Of a stretch of DNA of 64,000 nucleotides, positions 39,641 to 50,124 are shown one piece after another. The notes below the pieces were generated by a model that saw nothing but the letters and a program-made list of their open reading frames with translations, did not search any database and was not told the origin of the DNA. A program made the position numbers and the translations under genes. Position 1 is the first letter of the stretch; each line of letters starts with the position of its first letter. The DNA comes from a bacterium (GTDB lineage Bacteria; UBA8248). Location: assembly GCA_965213685.1 (NCBI GenBank), contig CBDBZY010000014.1:1-64000 (forward strand), written 5' to 3'.

Positions 39641-40093
39641 CTAGTCGGGAATCCTGTCCCTCGCGTCCTCCTCCATCCACTCGTCTTCCACATAGATGGT
39701 CCGGGCGGCGTCCCGGTTCGGACAATTCCCGTAGGTGAAGACGAGTTCGGCGTCCTCCGTTTCGCTCGGGTTATACAGCCCGTGAATCTCGCCCGCCGCG
39801 CAATACACGAACGTGCCCGTCGGCACCGTATGCTCTTCCCTCTCCTCTCCCATCCATACGATGATGGGGCCCTTGACGATGTAGAACGTGGCGTCGCACA
39901 CGTGGTAGTGCCTCTGGTTGCGGCCCTGCGGCGGAATGATGGTGCGCCCCATCGTGATCGTCCGGGTGCCGGTGGCGTTGCTGTCCACGCCCCATGCGAT
40001 GATGAGGGGCGGCTCATACTTTTTGTCCACGCCGATGGCCGTGGAATCGATCAGACACCAGCGCTGTTTCGTGGGTGCGGATAAAGCGGACAT
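39641..40093 (-). CDS. Cupin domain protein
   Basis: IPP.G.NQRHYH.....FYI..G, G.FVY...GEIHG..N; AAGGAG RBS. Confidence 0.82.
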   Translation of the reverse strand: MSALSAPTKQRWCLIDSTAIGVDKKYEPPLIIAWGVDSNATGTRTITMGRTIIPPQGRNQRHYHVCDATFYIVKGPIIVWMGEEREEHTVPTGTFVYCAAGEIHGLYNPSETEDAELVFTYGNCPNRDAARTIYVEDEWMEEDARDRIPD

Positions 40094-40150
40094 GAGAACT
40101 CCTTTTGATGATGGGCGTATCAGAGACTCCCCCAACCTCAGAGGCCATGC

Positions 40151-40179
40151 AATCTATTCGTTCACTCCCCGAATCGCAA
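40151..40179 (-). promoter_or_regulatory. Putative sigma70 promoter for the cupin gene
   Basis: TTGCGA-17 bp-TAGATT. Confidence 0.45.
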
Positions 40180-40286
40180 GCGCGAGGCGGCGAGGCGGGC
40201 GAGGGATGCACGCCGCATTGCCGGATGGCGCGCTCAAGGCGTTTCGTTTGTGGAGCAAGCGCGAGGCGTCGATGCGGGCGGAGCAT

Positions 40287-41300
40287 TCACCCCTCCAGAA
40301 ACAGCTGCACCTCGCCCAGCAGCTCCTTCCTGCGCTTTTCCAGCTCCATGAAATGCGTGCCGTCGTGGATGATGACGTAGCGCTTGCCCGGGCTGTTGCG
40401 CAGCGCCCGATACAGCCCCCAGGCCTCCGGGTCGGCCGAGGCGCCGTCCTGGTCTCCCCGGATGAGGAGGGTGGGACAGGTTATTTTCGCCGCGTCGTAT
40501 AGGGGCCTGTTCCTCGAGCGATCGTATAAATCCAGCAGGGAGCCGTTGGCCAGGCGAAACGCGGGCGTCCTGCGCCTGGCCCCCTCCGGGTCGTGGCGAA
40601 GGAGTTCCCGAAAATACGCCTTCGGCACCCGGGGCTCGCGCCACTTGTGGTGCGCCTCCCCCGGTATGTGGCCCCACCACCGCCTGTGCACGTCCTTCTC
40701 CGCGCACCAGGACCAGGCGCCTCGCCTGGCGTCGAACTCCCCGGGGGCGCGGGGGTCTTCCAGCTGCCGCGCGCGCAGGGGGTTATCATAGGCGTAATAG
40801 GGCGCATACAGCACGAGCGTGTGCACATGCGCCATGTTGTCGGCGGCGTAGGCCGGCCCCGTCGTCGTTCCCCAGGAGCGTCCCAGAATGCCGATCGTGT
40901 CGACCTCCCGCCGCTCGCGTATGAAGCGGACCGCCGCCTCGATGTCCCTTACGGCCACCCTGCCCGGTATCGCGGGAGGCTTCCCCGCGGGGCTCGCGCG
41001 CATCTCCTGCGGCCAGGTGGACTCCCCGAAACCCCGAATCGAGAGGGCGAAAACGTCGAACCCGCGCGCGGCGACGTAATCCATCCAGGAATAGCCGGGC
41101 ACCGGCAGATCGTAGGCCACGGAGCCGGGCGCCATCCGTCCGTGCACCATGAGCAGCGTGGCCCGGGCCTCGAACTTTTCCTTGCCCCGCGGCCGCTTCT
41201 CCCTGAGGTGCAGCCTGACGTCGGGGTCGAGCGCATCGATGTAGTGGTCGATGCGCTCCACCCTCCCCGACGCGCTCCTCTTCTCCCGCGGAGTGGCCAT
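40287..41300 (-). CDS. Alpha/beta fold hydrolase
   Basis: LMVHG, RGFG.S, GRSWG nucleophile elbow, PTLLIRGD.D, GTH. Confidence 0.88.
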   Translation of the reverse strand: MATPREKRSASGRVERIDHYIDALDPDVRLHLREKRPRGKEKFEARATLLMVHGRMAPGSVAYDLPVPGYSWMDYVAARGFDVFALSIRGFGESTWPQEMRASPAGKPPAIPGRVAVRDIEAAVRFIRERREVDTIGILGRSWGTTTGPAYAADNMAHVHTLVLYAPYYAYDNPLRARQLEDPRAPGEFDARRGAWSWCAEKDVHRRWWGHIPGEAHHKWREPRVPKAYFRELLRHDPEGARRRTPAFRLANGSLLDLYDRSRNRPLYDAAKITCPTLLIRGDQDGASADPEAWGLYRALRNSPGKRYVIIHDGTHFMELEKRRKELLGEVQLFLEG

Positions 41301-41314
41301 GTGCAGGCGCCCCC

Positions 41315-42280
41315 CTAATTTTTCAGCCGGGAATAGTCCTGATGATACGCGGGCGGCAGCGCGCCTCCGCGCCCCTGAACGACGTGGAGCTTGCCCCACC
41401 CGCGGCCCGAATTCCGAAACCCCCGCTGGACGCCGGGCGGTGCCCAGCACATGTCCCACGGATCCAGAACCTCCTGATGCGCATCCCCCTTCGCGTCGAG
41501 CCAGAACAGCGTCCACGTCCCCTCCAGAGGGATGAACGCCTCCTCGAGGTCCGGGTGATCGTGCAGCGGCGCACCCGAGCCCACCCGGTTTTCGTTGATG
41601 ACGAACGAGACCTCCCCCTCCGGCAGGGAGGGGGGCGGGCCCACGCTGGCGAGCTCGCCGCCCACGTGGCCCGCGTAGCGCCGAATCCCCCGGACGCCCT
41701 CGGGCAGCGACGCCTCGTGATAGACCTGAAAATTCATCGGGCACTCATCATGGCGGACCACCTGCCCGAGCGGCGCGGCGTCCTCGCTCCCGCCCGCCGC
41801 GCCGCCGCCGGAGGGCGCCGCCGCCCCTGCGTCCGCTGAAAACACGGGCGCCTCATACGCACCGCGCCCATGCATGTAGTAGAGAAACCCGTCCGCATCC
41901 CCACAATTCCGATAGCCCCGCATGACGTTCCTCGCCATCCGTATGGCGTCATACGGGCCGAGCGTGACGGTCCGCACCTCCCCTTCGCGCGCGTCCACCC
42001 AAAACACCTCGAACGCGCCGCTCCACACCATGAAGACCTCCTCGAAGCCATGGCTGTGGAGCGGGGCGCCGTTCTGGGGAGGCGCCATCACGACGCCATT
42101 GGCGAAGTCCCATCCGGGGAGCGCCGCTTTTGGCCCCGCATCGCGCGGCCCGCCAATGTAGCGATACACGGCGCGATGGTGTCCTTCGTCGCGGGCGTCG
42201 GGCGAGGATTCCCAATCGGGCGCGATCTCGGCAAAACGGACGACGGTGGGGGGCGCGGCTCTTGCCACCTGTTGGCTCAT
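41315..42280 (-). CDS. Bicupin protein (two cupin domains)
   Basis: Two metal-binding motifs, GAPLHSH..EEVF and GAPLHDH...EEAF, each followed by R.(Y/F)RN.G. Confidence 0.82.
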   Translation of the reverse strand: MSQQVARAAPPTVVRFAEIAPDWESSPDARDEGHHRAVYRYIGGPRDAGPKAALPGWDFANGVVMAPPQNGAPLHSHGFEEVFMVWSGAFEVFWVDAREGEVRTVTLGPYDAIRMARNVMRGYRNCGDADGFLYYMHGRGAYEAPVFSADAGAAAPSGGGAAGGSEDAAPLGQVVRHDECPMNFQVYHEASLPEGVRGIRRYAGHVGGELASVGPPPSLPEGEVSFVINENRVGSGAPLHDHPDLEEAFIPLEGTWTLFWLDAKGDAHQEVLDPWDMCWAPPGVQRGFRNSGRGWGKLHVVQGRGGALPPAYHQDYSRLKN

Positions 42281-42305
42281 CTTCCAGCACCTCGCTGTCC
42301 GTGCC

Positions 42306-43667
42306 TCACGGAAGGCTGGCGTTTCGATACACGCCTTCCGCCTGATACGCCTCGTCGAGCAAGACGACGGGATGCACCACCCGAAGGTCCATGTTCCGCT
42401 CGCGGGCGCCGAAAGCGATCTGAATCTGGCAACCGGGGTTCCCCGTGCAGACCACGGGCGCCCCGGAATTTTTGACGTGCCCCATCTTTCTGTCGAGAAG
42501 ACGCATCGAAATCTCGGTTTGCGTGAGATTGTAGCTGCCCGCGGAGCCGCAGCACCAATCGCTCTCCTGGAGGGGCACGGCGTCAACGTTGCGAATCGCG
42601 GAGAGGACGTCGAGCGGCTCCTTGCGCACCTGGAGGGCGTGAAACAGATGGCACGGATGATGATACGCGACTTGCCGGGGCGCCGGATGGGCCGCCTCCC
42701 TGACGCCGATTCTCGAGAGAAACACGGTGATGTCCATCGCCTTGTCGCTGAACGCCTTCGCGCGGCTGGCGTAGAGGGGGTCGTCCGCGAGCAGATCCTG
42801 ATATTCATGGAGCATGGCACCGCAACCGGAGACGGCCAGTATGATGGCGTCGAACTCTCCGGCGGGGATGGCGTCGAGATTCTCGCGCGCCAGGATTCTC
42901 GCCGTCTCCCTGTCTCCGGCATGGGCCTGCAGCGCACCGCAGCAAGTCTGCGCGGCGGGGAAAACGACGCGCACCCCGTTCGCCGCCAGCGTGCGTATGG
43001 CGGCCCTGTTCACATCGCCAAACAAGGTGGACTGGACGCACCCGCCGAAAAAAGCGACGCGATGCCTCTCCTCCCCGATGGGCGCCACCTCCGGGGGAAG
43101 GCTCCGCATCGCCGAGATGGGCGGGGCCTCCGGCATCATGGGCTCCAGTGCGGCCAGCTTCTTCGGCAGAAGACCCGCGCCTCTCACCAGGCTTCCCAGA
43201 ATCGTGGTTTGGTAGAGCCTGGCGGCCACACCCGCCAGGTTGAGCAGCGCCCTGCTGGGCAGAAGCCAGCGGAAGAGGATTCTTCTGAGCATCCGCACCG
43301 CCAGGGGGCGTTTCCGTATTTTCTCGAGGCTCGCGCGCGCCGCCTCTATCAGGGAGCCGTAGGGCACGCCCGATGGGCAGGAGGTTTCACAGGCGCGGCA
43401 ATCGAGGCACCGATCCAGGTGCTTCATCACCGTCTCGTTCGGCGCCATCTCGCCGTCCGCCACCAGGCGCATGAGGTAGATTCTCCCCCGGGGGGAGTCC
43501 ATCTCGTTGCCGAGCAACGAGAAGGTCGGGCAACTCGTCGTGCAGAATCCGCAATGAATGCACCGCTGAATCATGCGCCTGTCGGGAGCGCCCGGGCCGA
43601 TGAAGGGATTCTCATATTCGGGAAAAACCTGCGCGAAACCCGCCTTTTCTGCCGCTTGCTCATCCAT
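42306..43667 (-). CDS. glcF: Glycolate oxidase iron-sulfur subunit
   Basis: CIHCGFC...CPT, SPRGRI, CLDCRACETSCPSGV, two CCG domains, CTGNPGC. Confidence 0.88.
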   Translation of the reverse strand: MDEQAAEKAGFAQVFPEYENPFIGPGAPDRRMIQRCIHCGFCTTSCPTFSLLGNEMDSPRGRIYLMRLVADGEMAPNETVMKHLDRCLDCRACETSCPSGVPYGSLIEAARASLEKIRKRPLAVRMLRRILFRWLLPSRALLNLAGVAARLYQTTILGSLVRGAGLLPKKLAALEPMMPEAPPISAMRSLPPEVAPIGEERHRVAFFGGCVQSTLFGDVNRAAIRTLAANGVRVVFPAAQTCCGALQAHAGDRETARILARENLDAIPAGEFDAIILAVSGCGAMLHEYQDLLADDPLYASRAKAFSDKAMDITVFLSRIGVREAAHPAPRQVAYHHPCHLFHALQVRKEPLDVLSAIRNVDAVPLQESDWCCGSAGSYNLTQTEISMRLLDRKMGHVKNSGAPVVCTGNPGCQIQIAFGARERNMDLRVVHPVVLLDEAYQAEGVYRNASLP

Positions 43668-43687
43668 CGCCGCCCGGCCCTCCCGTC

Positions 43688-45062
43688 CTACAGCCTGTCC
43701 ACGAACCGCCCGGGACTCAAAGTCCCTTTGGGGTCATACGCTTTCTTGATGTTTCGCATCACCCGCAGGGCTGCGGAATCCAGCGCGTCCTCCCCCCATA
43801 CGGGTATTTCGTCCCGCACCGCATCCGGCCCGCAATCCATGCGCAGGTGAACCGACCGGGATTCTCCCGCCCCCCTCCTGCAAAAGGAGGAAAAAGCGCG
43901 CCACGCCTCCAGCGGAGAGGATCGCTCCTCCCCGGGCGCGAGCCAGCATCTCCACACCCCGCTGCCCGCGTGGGCGGAGGCGGCATACGCGTATTTCCCG
44001 GCCTCAGCGGCGCGCCTTGTCGCCTCGGCGAAGCGGGGCAGCTGATCCAGACGGCCAGAGGCTCGGAGGGCGATGGCCAGGGGGCCCGAGAAGTCTCCCG
44101 GGGGAGGGTCCGCCAGGGCGCGGCCGAGACGCCCGGCTTGCCCATCCTCCACCCGCAACATCTTGCCGCCGCCCTCTTTGCGCAGAATTTCCTCAAATCG
44201 AGACAATTGATCGTTCAGCCCCTCCTCGAAATCGCCGAAACAAGCCACCAGGCCGACGGGGCCGGGCAGGGCGATTCCGCCGCTCGACGCGAGCGAGGCG
44301 AGGCGCTCCTCGTTCAGCACCTCTACCCACATGGGCATGAGCGGCGAGGCCGTCAGCGCCCGGGCGGCGGCGAACGCGGCGTCGGCGGATGAGAAGCCGG
44401 CGGCCCGCGCCCCCAGGCGCTCCGGCGCCTTGTAGAGACGAATCGCCAACTCGGTGACGACCGCCAGCGTCCCCCAGCTTCCCGAGAGCAGACGGTTCAT
44501 GTCGTAGCCGGTGACGTTCTTGACCACCAGCGCGCCGTAGGTGTGCGTCGCCCCGTCGGCCAGCGCCACCCGCATCCGCATCACGCGGTCGCGCGCCCGG
44601 CCCCAGCGCACCCGCATGGGGCCGGAACGCTCGGCGATGATGGTCCCCCCCCACCGTGGAGGTCTCCGGGTGCGGCGGGTCCAGGCCCGCCGTCTGGCCT
44701 TTGGCGCCCGTCAGCGCATGAAGTCTCTCGACGCTCATCCCCGCTTCCACCACGGCGGTGAGGTCATCTTCGAGAAACTCCACCGCCCCCGACATGCGCT
44801 CCAGGGAGAGGGCCACGTCATACCTTGCGGGCGCATACCCCGTTCCGGTGCCGGTGCCTCCCCCCCAGGGGAACACGGCCAGCCCCCCCTCGTTCGCGCG
44901 GGAAAGAACGCGGCAGAGGGCTTCATGATCGGCGGGGCGCGCCACGACCGAGGGCGCCCTGCCGCCGAGCCGGAACAGCTCCGCCCCGGATTCCGACAAG
45001 AGGGCGGAATCGCCCACGTCCGCTTCCACGGACCGGGCGAACGAATCGAGCTTCCGTGCCAT
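43688..45062 (-). CDS. glcE: Glycolate oxidase FAD-binding subunit GlcE-like (frameshift in the C-run near 44650)
   Basis: P.GGGT, STVGG, VVKNVTGYDM.RL..GSWGTL, DP.G.LSPGR across ORFs 44193..45062 and 43688..44617. Confidence 0.82.
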
Positions 45063-45069
45063 GATTCTC

Positions 45070-46618
45070 CTATTTCGTCATCCCCCCGCCCATCCGGGCG
45101 ACGGGGCCGCCAAGAGAAACCGGAAACACGTTGTCCGCATCGGGTATCAGCTTGCCGGGGTTCATCAAGCCGTCCTCGTCGATGACGTCGCGCATACGCT
45201 CCATGATGGCCAGCGTGGGTTCGTCGAACTGGTCTTTCATCTCCCGGATTTTCTCGATGCCGATTCCATGCTCGCCGGAGAGCACGCCCCCCGCCCGTAT
45301 GCACGCGCGAAGCACCTCCGCCCCGCATTCTATCGCCCGTTCGGTCTCGCCCGGCACCTGATCGTCAAACAAGACGTTCGGATGCAGGCTCCCGTCGCCG
45401 GCGTGAAACACGTTGGTGATGCGCAAGCCGTGGCGGGAGGCGATTTCGTCAAACTCCGCCAGCACCTGCGCCAGCTTCGAGCGGGGCACCGTCCCGTCGA
45501 GGCAATAATAGGCGGGCGCGATCACCCCGAAGGCACCGAATGCTTTCTTCCGGCCCATCCACAGGCCCTCGCGCTCCTCTTCGGTCTGCGCGACTCGAAA
45601 CGAAGAGCAGCGGTTCTTCTCGCTCACCTCCTGAATCAGGGCCTCGAGCGGCCGGATGGAGGACGGCAGGCCGTCGAGCTCGATCAGCAAGACGGCCTCG
45701 GCGTCGCGCGGATAGCCCGCCTGCGTCACCGCCTCGATCGCCTCGATCGTGTAGCGGTCCATCAACTCCATCGCGGCGGGCACGGCCCCCTCCGCGATGA
45801 CGTCGCTCACCGCCTGGCAGGCGTCCCCCACCTTCGCAAAACAGGCGAGGCATGGTGCGCACGCTCTCCGGGTTCGGCGTCAGCCGCACGGTGAGCTCGA
45901 CGGTGACGGCGAAAGTCCCCTCCGAGCCGATGAAGAACCCGCGCAGGTCCAAACCCGGCGCCTCCTCCCCATCCGCGCCGAGACGCGCCACCTCGCCCGT
46001 GGGCAGAACCACCTTCATCTCCATGATGTGGTTTGTCGTCATCCCGTATTTGAGGCAATGCGCACCGCCGGAGTTTTCCGCCGCGTTGCCGCCGATGGTG
46101 CAGGCAGCCTGGCTCGAGGGATCGGGGGCGTAATGAAAGCCGTGCGGCAGGGTCTCTTGCGAGAGGTGGAGGTTGACCACCCCCGGCTGGACGCGGGCGA
46201 GGCGGTTCGCATAGTCAATTTCCAGAATCCTGTTCATCCGCACAAAGACGATGAGCACGCCGCCGGGCCGGGGCGTCGCGCCCCCGGAGAGGCCCGTGCC
46301 CGCTCCTCTGGCGATCAACGGCACCTGGTACTCGCGGCAGAGGTTGACGATTCGCCGCACCTCCTCGGTGCTCGCGGGCAGCACGACGGCCGACGGCACG
46401 CCCTTGTAAATCGTGAGGCCATCGCAGTCATACGTCCTGAGCGCCACCGGATCGGTGTGGATGAACTCCTCCCCCACCACCTCCGCCAATTTTGGAATGA
46501 ACCCGGCGCGATTCACCTCTGAATTCCCCCGCCGCGCTTCCGTGAAATTCGATCCTGCGTTTCGGCGGCGCGCGCGATCCACCTCTGAAATCCCCCGCCG
46601 CGCTTCCTGAACGGACAA
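45070..46618 (-). CDS. glcD: Glycolate oxidase subunit GlcD-like FAD-linked oxidase (frameshift near 45850; start may be GTG near 46516)
   Basis: RGAGTGLSGG, PDPSS..ACTIGGN.AENSGG.HCLKYG, GSEGT, FHAGDG.LHP, GEHGIG.EK, MNPGK. Confidence 0.88.
46506..46607. repeat. Two 36-bp direct repeats (2 mismatches) separated by 30 bp
   Basis: GCGCGATTCACCTCTGAATTCCCCCGCCGCGCTTCC at 46506-46541 and GCGCGATCCACCTCTGAAATCCCCCGCCGCGCTTCC at 46572-46607. Confidence 0.85.
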
Positions 46619-46681
46619 AAACCCTTTAGAGTGGCGCCATTATACCCATGCCGCAGAGAAAAACGAAGAGAAGGGAGAATT

Positions 46682-48004
46682 TTGAACGATTCCATCGGGT
46701 CCGCCACCCCAAGCACCGGCCGCATCGCTCCGCCCGGAGAGAGAGGCGGCCTGTACTACGGCTGGGTGATCGTCGGCATATCCTTCACCACCATGGCCTT
46801 TCACATGTCGGCCACCTTTTCCTTTTCTCTTTTTCAGGTTCCCCTCATCGAAGAATTTGGCTGGAGCCGGGGTGCGCTGAGCGGCGCGTTCGCCCTGAGC
46901 ATGGGTCTGTACGCCATTTGCAGCCCGGCGGCGGGGTCCATCCTGGAGAGAAGAGGCCCCAGGGCCTTGATCCCCTGGGGCACCGTCGCCATTGGCGCGG
47001 GGCTCCTCCTCGGCTCCCGCATCACGTCTCTCTGGCACGCCTATATCTTTCTCGGCGTCCTGATCGGCCTCGGGCTGGCCATGAGCGGCTTTGTGACGCA
47101 CAACGCGCTCATGCCGCGCTGGTTCTACAGACATCGGGGACTGGCGACGGGCATCGCCGTCTCGGGCATCGGCATCGGCTCGTTCATCCTGATGCCCGCC
47201 ATCGAGAGGCTCATCGCCCATTTCGGCTGGCGGCACGCCTATCTCATATTCGGCGGCGCGATGCTCCTCCTCGTCCTGCCGCTCAAGGTCGTTCTGCTCA
47301 AAAACCGCCCCTCCGACGTCGGCCAGAACGTCGACGGCGCATCGGACGCGGAAGCCTCCCTGTTGCCGAAACCGCCCGCCGCCCACTCCCGGAAGGTGGG
47401 AGACGTATTTCGGCAAGTGTGGGGCGACAGAAATTTCTGGGTGCTGATGATCATCGCTTTCGTCATCGGCCTCAACAACAACTCCATCTGGAGCCAACTC
47501 CAGTTATTCTTCGTCGACGCCCGGTTCGGCACCGCGTTCGGCGCCTTCGTTTTCGGCCTCACGGGCGCCATCCGGATCATCGGCAGCGTGGCCATGGGCT
47601 GGGCGAGCGATCGCATGTCCCGGAGCCGCGCCCAGGCGATCTCGATTTTTCTGTCAGGCGCCGGCGTCGGCGTCCTCCTCCTCGTTCCCCACACGGACAA
47701 CGGCGCGACCCTCGCGTTCGCGTTCGCCGCCATTTACGGCTTTGGCGTCGGCGGCATGTCCACTTGCCATGTGGCCATGTCGGCGGAGGCCTACGGCGGG
47801 CGGGCGTTCGCCGTCATCATGGGGCTGCTGGAAATCTGTTTCGGGCTGGGGGGCTTCATCGGCCCCCCGATGGCGGGCTTCCTGTTCGATCACACGGGGA
47901 GCTATCTTCTGCCGTTCGGCATCGTCATCCTGTTCCAGACGGTTGCGCTCGTCGCCTGCCTGTTTGTCTATCGCAGCGGCCTGCACCAAGAACCGGCGTC
48001 ATGA
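46682..48004 (+). CDS. MFS transporter (OFA/MCT-like), paralog A
   Basis: YYGWVIV, FGWSRG, WF..RGLA.G, 12-TMS pattern; TTG start after GAAGGGAG. Confidence 0.9.
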   Translation: MNDSIGSATPSTGRIAPPGERGGLYYGWVIVGISFTTMAFHMSATFSFSLFQVPLIEEFGWSRGALSGAFALSMGLYAICSPAAGSILERRGPRALIPWGTVAIGAGLLLGSRITSLWHAYIFLGVLIGLGLAMSGFVTHNALMPRWFYRHRGLATGIAVSGIGIGSFILMPAIERLIAHFGWRHAYLIFGGAMLLLVLPLKVVLLKNRPSDVGQNVDGASDAEASLLPKPPAAHSRKVGDVFRQVWGDRNFWVLMIIAFVIGLNNNSIWSQLQLFFVDARFGTAFGAFVFGLTGAIRIIGSVAMGWASDRMSRSRAQAISIFLSGAGVGVLLLVPHTDNGATLAFAFAAIYGFGVGGMSTCHVAMSAEAYGGRAFAVIMGLLEICFGLGGFIGPPMAGFLFDHTGSYLLPFGIVILFQTVALVACLFVYRSGLHQEPAS

Positions 48005-49281
48005 CGCCCAGAACGAGCGCCCCCTCCTGGATGTACTACGGGTGGGTCATCGTCGGCATATCCTTCGTCACCATGGCGTTTCACCAGACGGCGCGTTTCT
48101 CCTTCGCCATCTTCCAGGTTCCCCTGATTCAGGAGTTCGGCTGGGGGCGCGGCGCCCTGGGCGGAGCCTACGCCCTGATGCTGGGCAGCTACGCGCTGTT
48201 CAGCCCGCTCATGGGAAACCTGTTCGACAAGAAGGGCGCGCGCGCGGTCATGCCCTGGGGTTCGGTGTTCGTGGGCGCGGGCATGGCGATGGGGTATTTC
48301 ATCAGCGACCTCTGGCACGTCTACGTCGTTCCCTGCATGTTCGTGGGCGTCGGCATGGCGCTGAGCGGCTTTGCCCTTCACAGCGCCCTCATGCCCCAGT
48401 GGTTCCAGAAAAAACGGGGCTTCGCCACGGGGCTGGCCCTCTCCGGCAGCGGAACGGGAATACTGATTTTCATACCGCTCATCGAATGGCTCATCGCCAC
48501 GAGGGGCTGGCGATGGACGTTCCTGATCTTTGGCCTGACGATCCTGCTCGTCGCCGTCCCCCTCATGGGGCTGCTGCTCAGAAAAGGGCCCGAGGAGGTG
48601 GGCCAGCACATCGACGGGGAGTCCCGGCCGCCCGGGGAGGAGGCGAAAACATCCAGCAGCCCCAAATCGCCCGGCCCGCCGCTGCGGAAAGTATTTCGGC
48701 AGGTGCGGGGAGAGAGGAACTTCTGGACGCTCCTCCTCGTCGTCTTCTTCATCGGACTGAACAACAATTCGGTATTGAGCCAGCTGCAGATATACCTGGT
48801 CGACGCCCGATACAGCACGGCCACGGCCGCCTTCTTTTTCGGGATGCTGGGAGCGATTCGGATGGCGGGCACCTTTCTCGTGGGCTGGCTGAGCGATTTC
48901 ATCGGCAGGCAACGCGCCCAGGCGCTCTCGTCCTTCATCACGGTCTGCGGGATCGCGATTCTGCTCGTCCTCCCCCACATGCCCTTCCCGATATGGATGG
49001 GCTGGATTTTCGTGCTCGTCTATGGAATCGGCCTCGGGGGGATGAGCGTATGCCACTCCTCGATGTCGGCGGACGCTTTCAAGGGCCCCACGTTCGGGGC
49101 CACCATCGGGCTACTCGAGATTTTCTTTGGACTGGGGGGCTTCATCGGCCCCCCGCTGGCGGGTTTCATGTTCGACTACACGGGGAGCTACCTGCTCCCC
49201 TTCAGCGGCATAGCGGCGGGCCTGCTGTTCTGCATCTTCCTGTGCCTGTTCGTGTATGAACCGCCGCGAGAGCGAGAGTAA
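48001..49281 (+). CDS. MFS transporter, paralog B
   Basis: Same motifs as paralog A; ATGA overlap; 3' part of ORF 46648..49281. Confidence 0.9.
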   Translation: MTPRTSAPSWMYYGWVIVGISFVTMAFHQTARFSFAIFQVPLIQEFGWGRGALGGAYALMLGSYALFSPLMGNLFDKKGARAVMPWGSVFVGAGMAMGYFISDLWHVYVVPCMFVGVGMALSGFALHSALMPQWFQKKRGFATGLALSGSGTGILIFIPLIEWLIATRGWRWTFLIFGLTILLVAVPLMGLLLRKGPEEVGQHIDGESRPPGEEAKTSSSPKSPGPPLRKVFRQVRGERNFWTLLLVVFFIGLNNNSVLSQLQIYLVDARYSTATAAFFFGMLGAIRMAGTFLVGWLSDFIGRQRAQALSSFITVCGIAILLVLPHMPFPIWMGWIFVLVYGIGLGGMSVCHSSMSADAFKGPTFGATIGLLEIFFGLGGFIGPPLAGFMFDYTGSYLLPFSGIAAGLLFCIFLCLFVYEPPRERE

Positions 49282-49296
49282 CCGGCGGGTGCGGCC

Positions 49297-50124
49297 TCAG
49301 AAGGGCTGAGCCAGGACGGCCAGCACCTCGACGGCCTTCGCCCTGTCTCCTTCGATGCGCAGACGACCGGCTCCCTCCCTCGCCTCCCAGCTTGCGCGTC
49401 CCGTGGTGATCAGCACCAGGTCGCTGCCGCCGCACGTGATTTGCGCGTGGCAAGCCGCATCCCCGGAAAACGCGATGTCAGGGCGCCCCTCCCCGCCGAC
49501 GTGCAGCGTCCATCTGCGCTCGGGGGCTTGCGTCTCGAAGCGTATGCTGGCGCGCAAGTCCGCATGCCCCCTGGCTCTCCAAAAGATGGGGAGGCGCTCC
49601 GGGAGGCAATCCACGGCCATGTCCGCCGCCTCGGGGCGCAAGTCATCGTCCGGGCGGTTCCTGATGTCCCAATCGTGCAGGATCAGCTCATACAGCCTTT
49701 GCCCCGGAAACGTGCGAATCGGACACGGGGCGAGCCAATGCCACGCATTCTTGTCCAGGGCGCCGGGGGCGACCCCCTCGAAGACCTCCTGCAGGCGCCA
49801 CACCGCCTTCTCGAAGGCGGCTGTCCGCTCATGGGCGGGAAGGGCGGCGAGCGCATCGCCGGTCTTTTTCCGATACGCCCAGAACGACTCCAAATCCGTG
49901 GTGCCAAAGGGCGCCTCGAGGCGTCCGGCGGCGCCCGCGGGAATGACGCGCGCGTAGAAGCGCGCGCCGAGCGTCATATGGGACACCACGTCGGCCACGC
50001 GCCAGCCCGGACAAAGCGTGGGGGCGCGCCACCCCTCCTCGTCCAGGTCGCGCAGGGCGGAAATAAACCTGCGGTTCTCCTCCGCCACGCGGGACAAAAC
50101 ACGCACAAAGAAATCCGAGGTCAC
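49297..50124 (-). CDS. Maleylpyruvate isomerase (MDMPI/DinB superfamily) protein with an SCP2-like C-terminus
   Basis: W.APT.CPGW.VADVVSH, YELILHDWDI, C-terminal G.L.IEGD; start approximate. Confidence 0.8.
   Translation of the reverse strand: MTSDFFVRVLSRVAEENRRFISALRDLDEEGWRAPTLCPGWRVADVVSHMTLGARFYARVIPAGAAGRLEAPFGTTDLESFWAYRKKTGDALAALPAHERTAAFEKAVWRLQEVFEGVAPGALDKNAWHWLAPCPIRTFPGQRLYELILHDWDIRNRPDDDLRPEAADMAVDCLPERLPIFWRARGHADLRASIRFETQAPERRWTLHVGGEGRPDIAFSGDAACHAQITCGGSDLVLITTGRASWEAREGAGRLRIEGDRAKAVEVLAVLAQPF

Noticed and set aside
40176-40268. 14-bp direct repeat GCAAGCGCGAGGCG (40176 and 40255)
   Set aside because: Short, GC-rich and only two copies; could arise by chance; no associated mobile element
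46506-46607. CRISPR array interpretation of the 36/30/36 repeat
   Set aside because: Only two repeats, no cas genes in the window, no leader, and the repeat is in frame with the glcD start region
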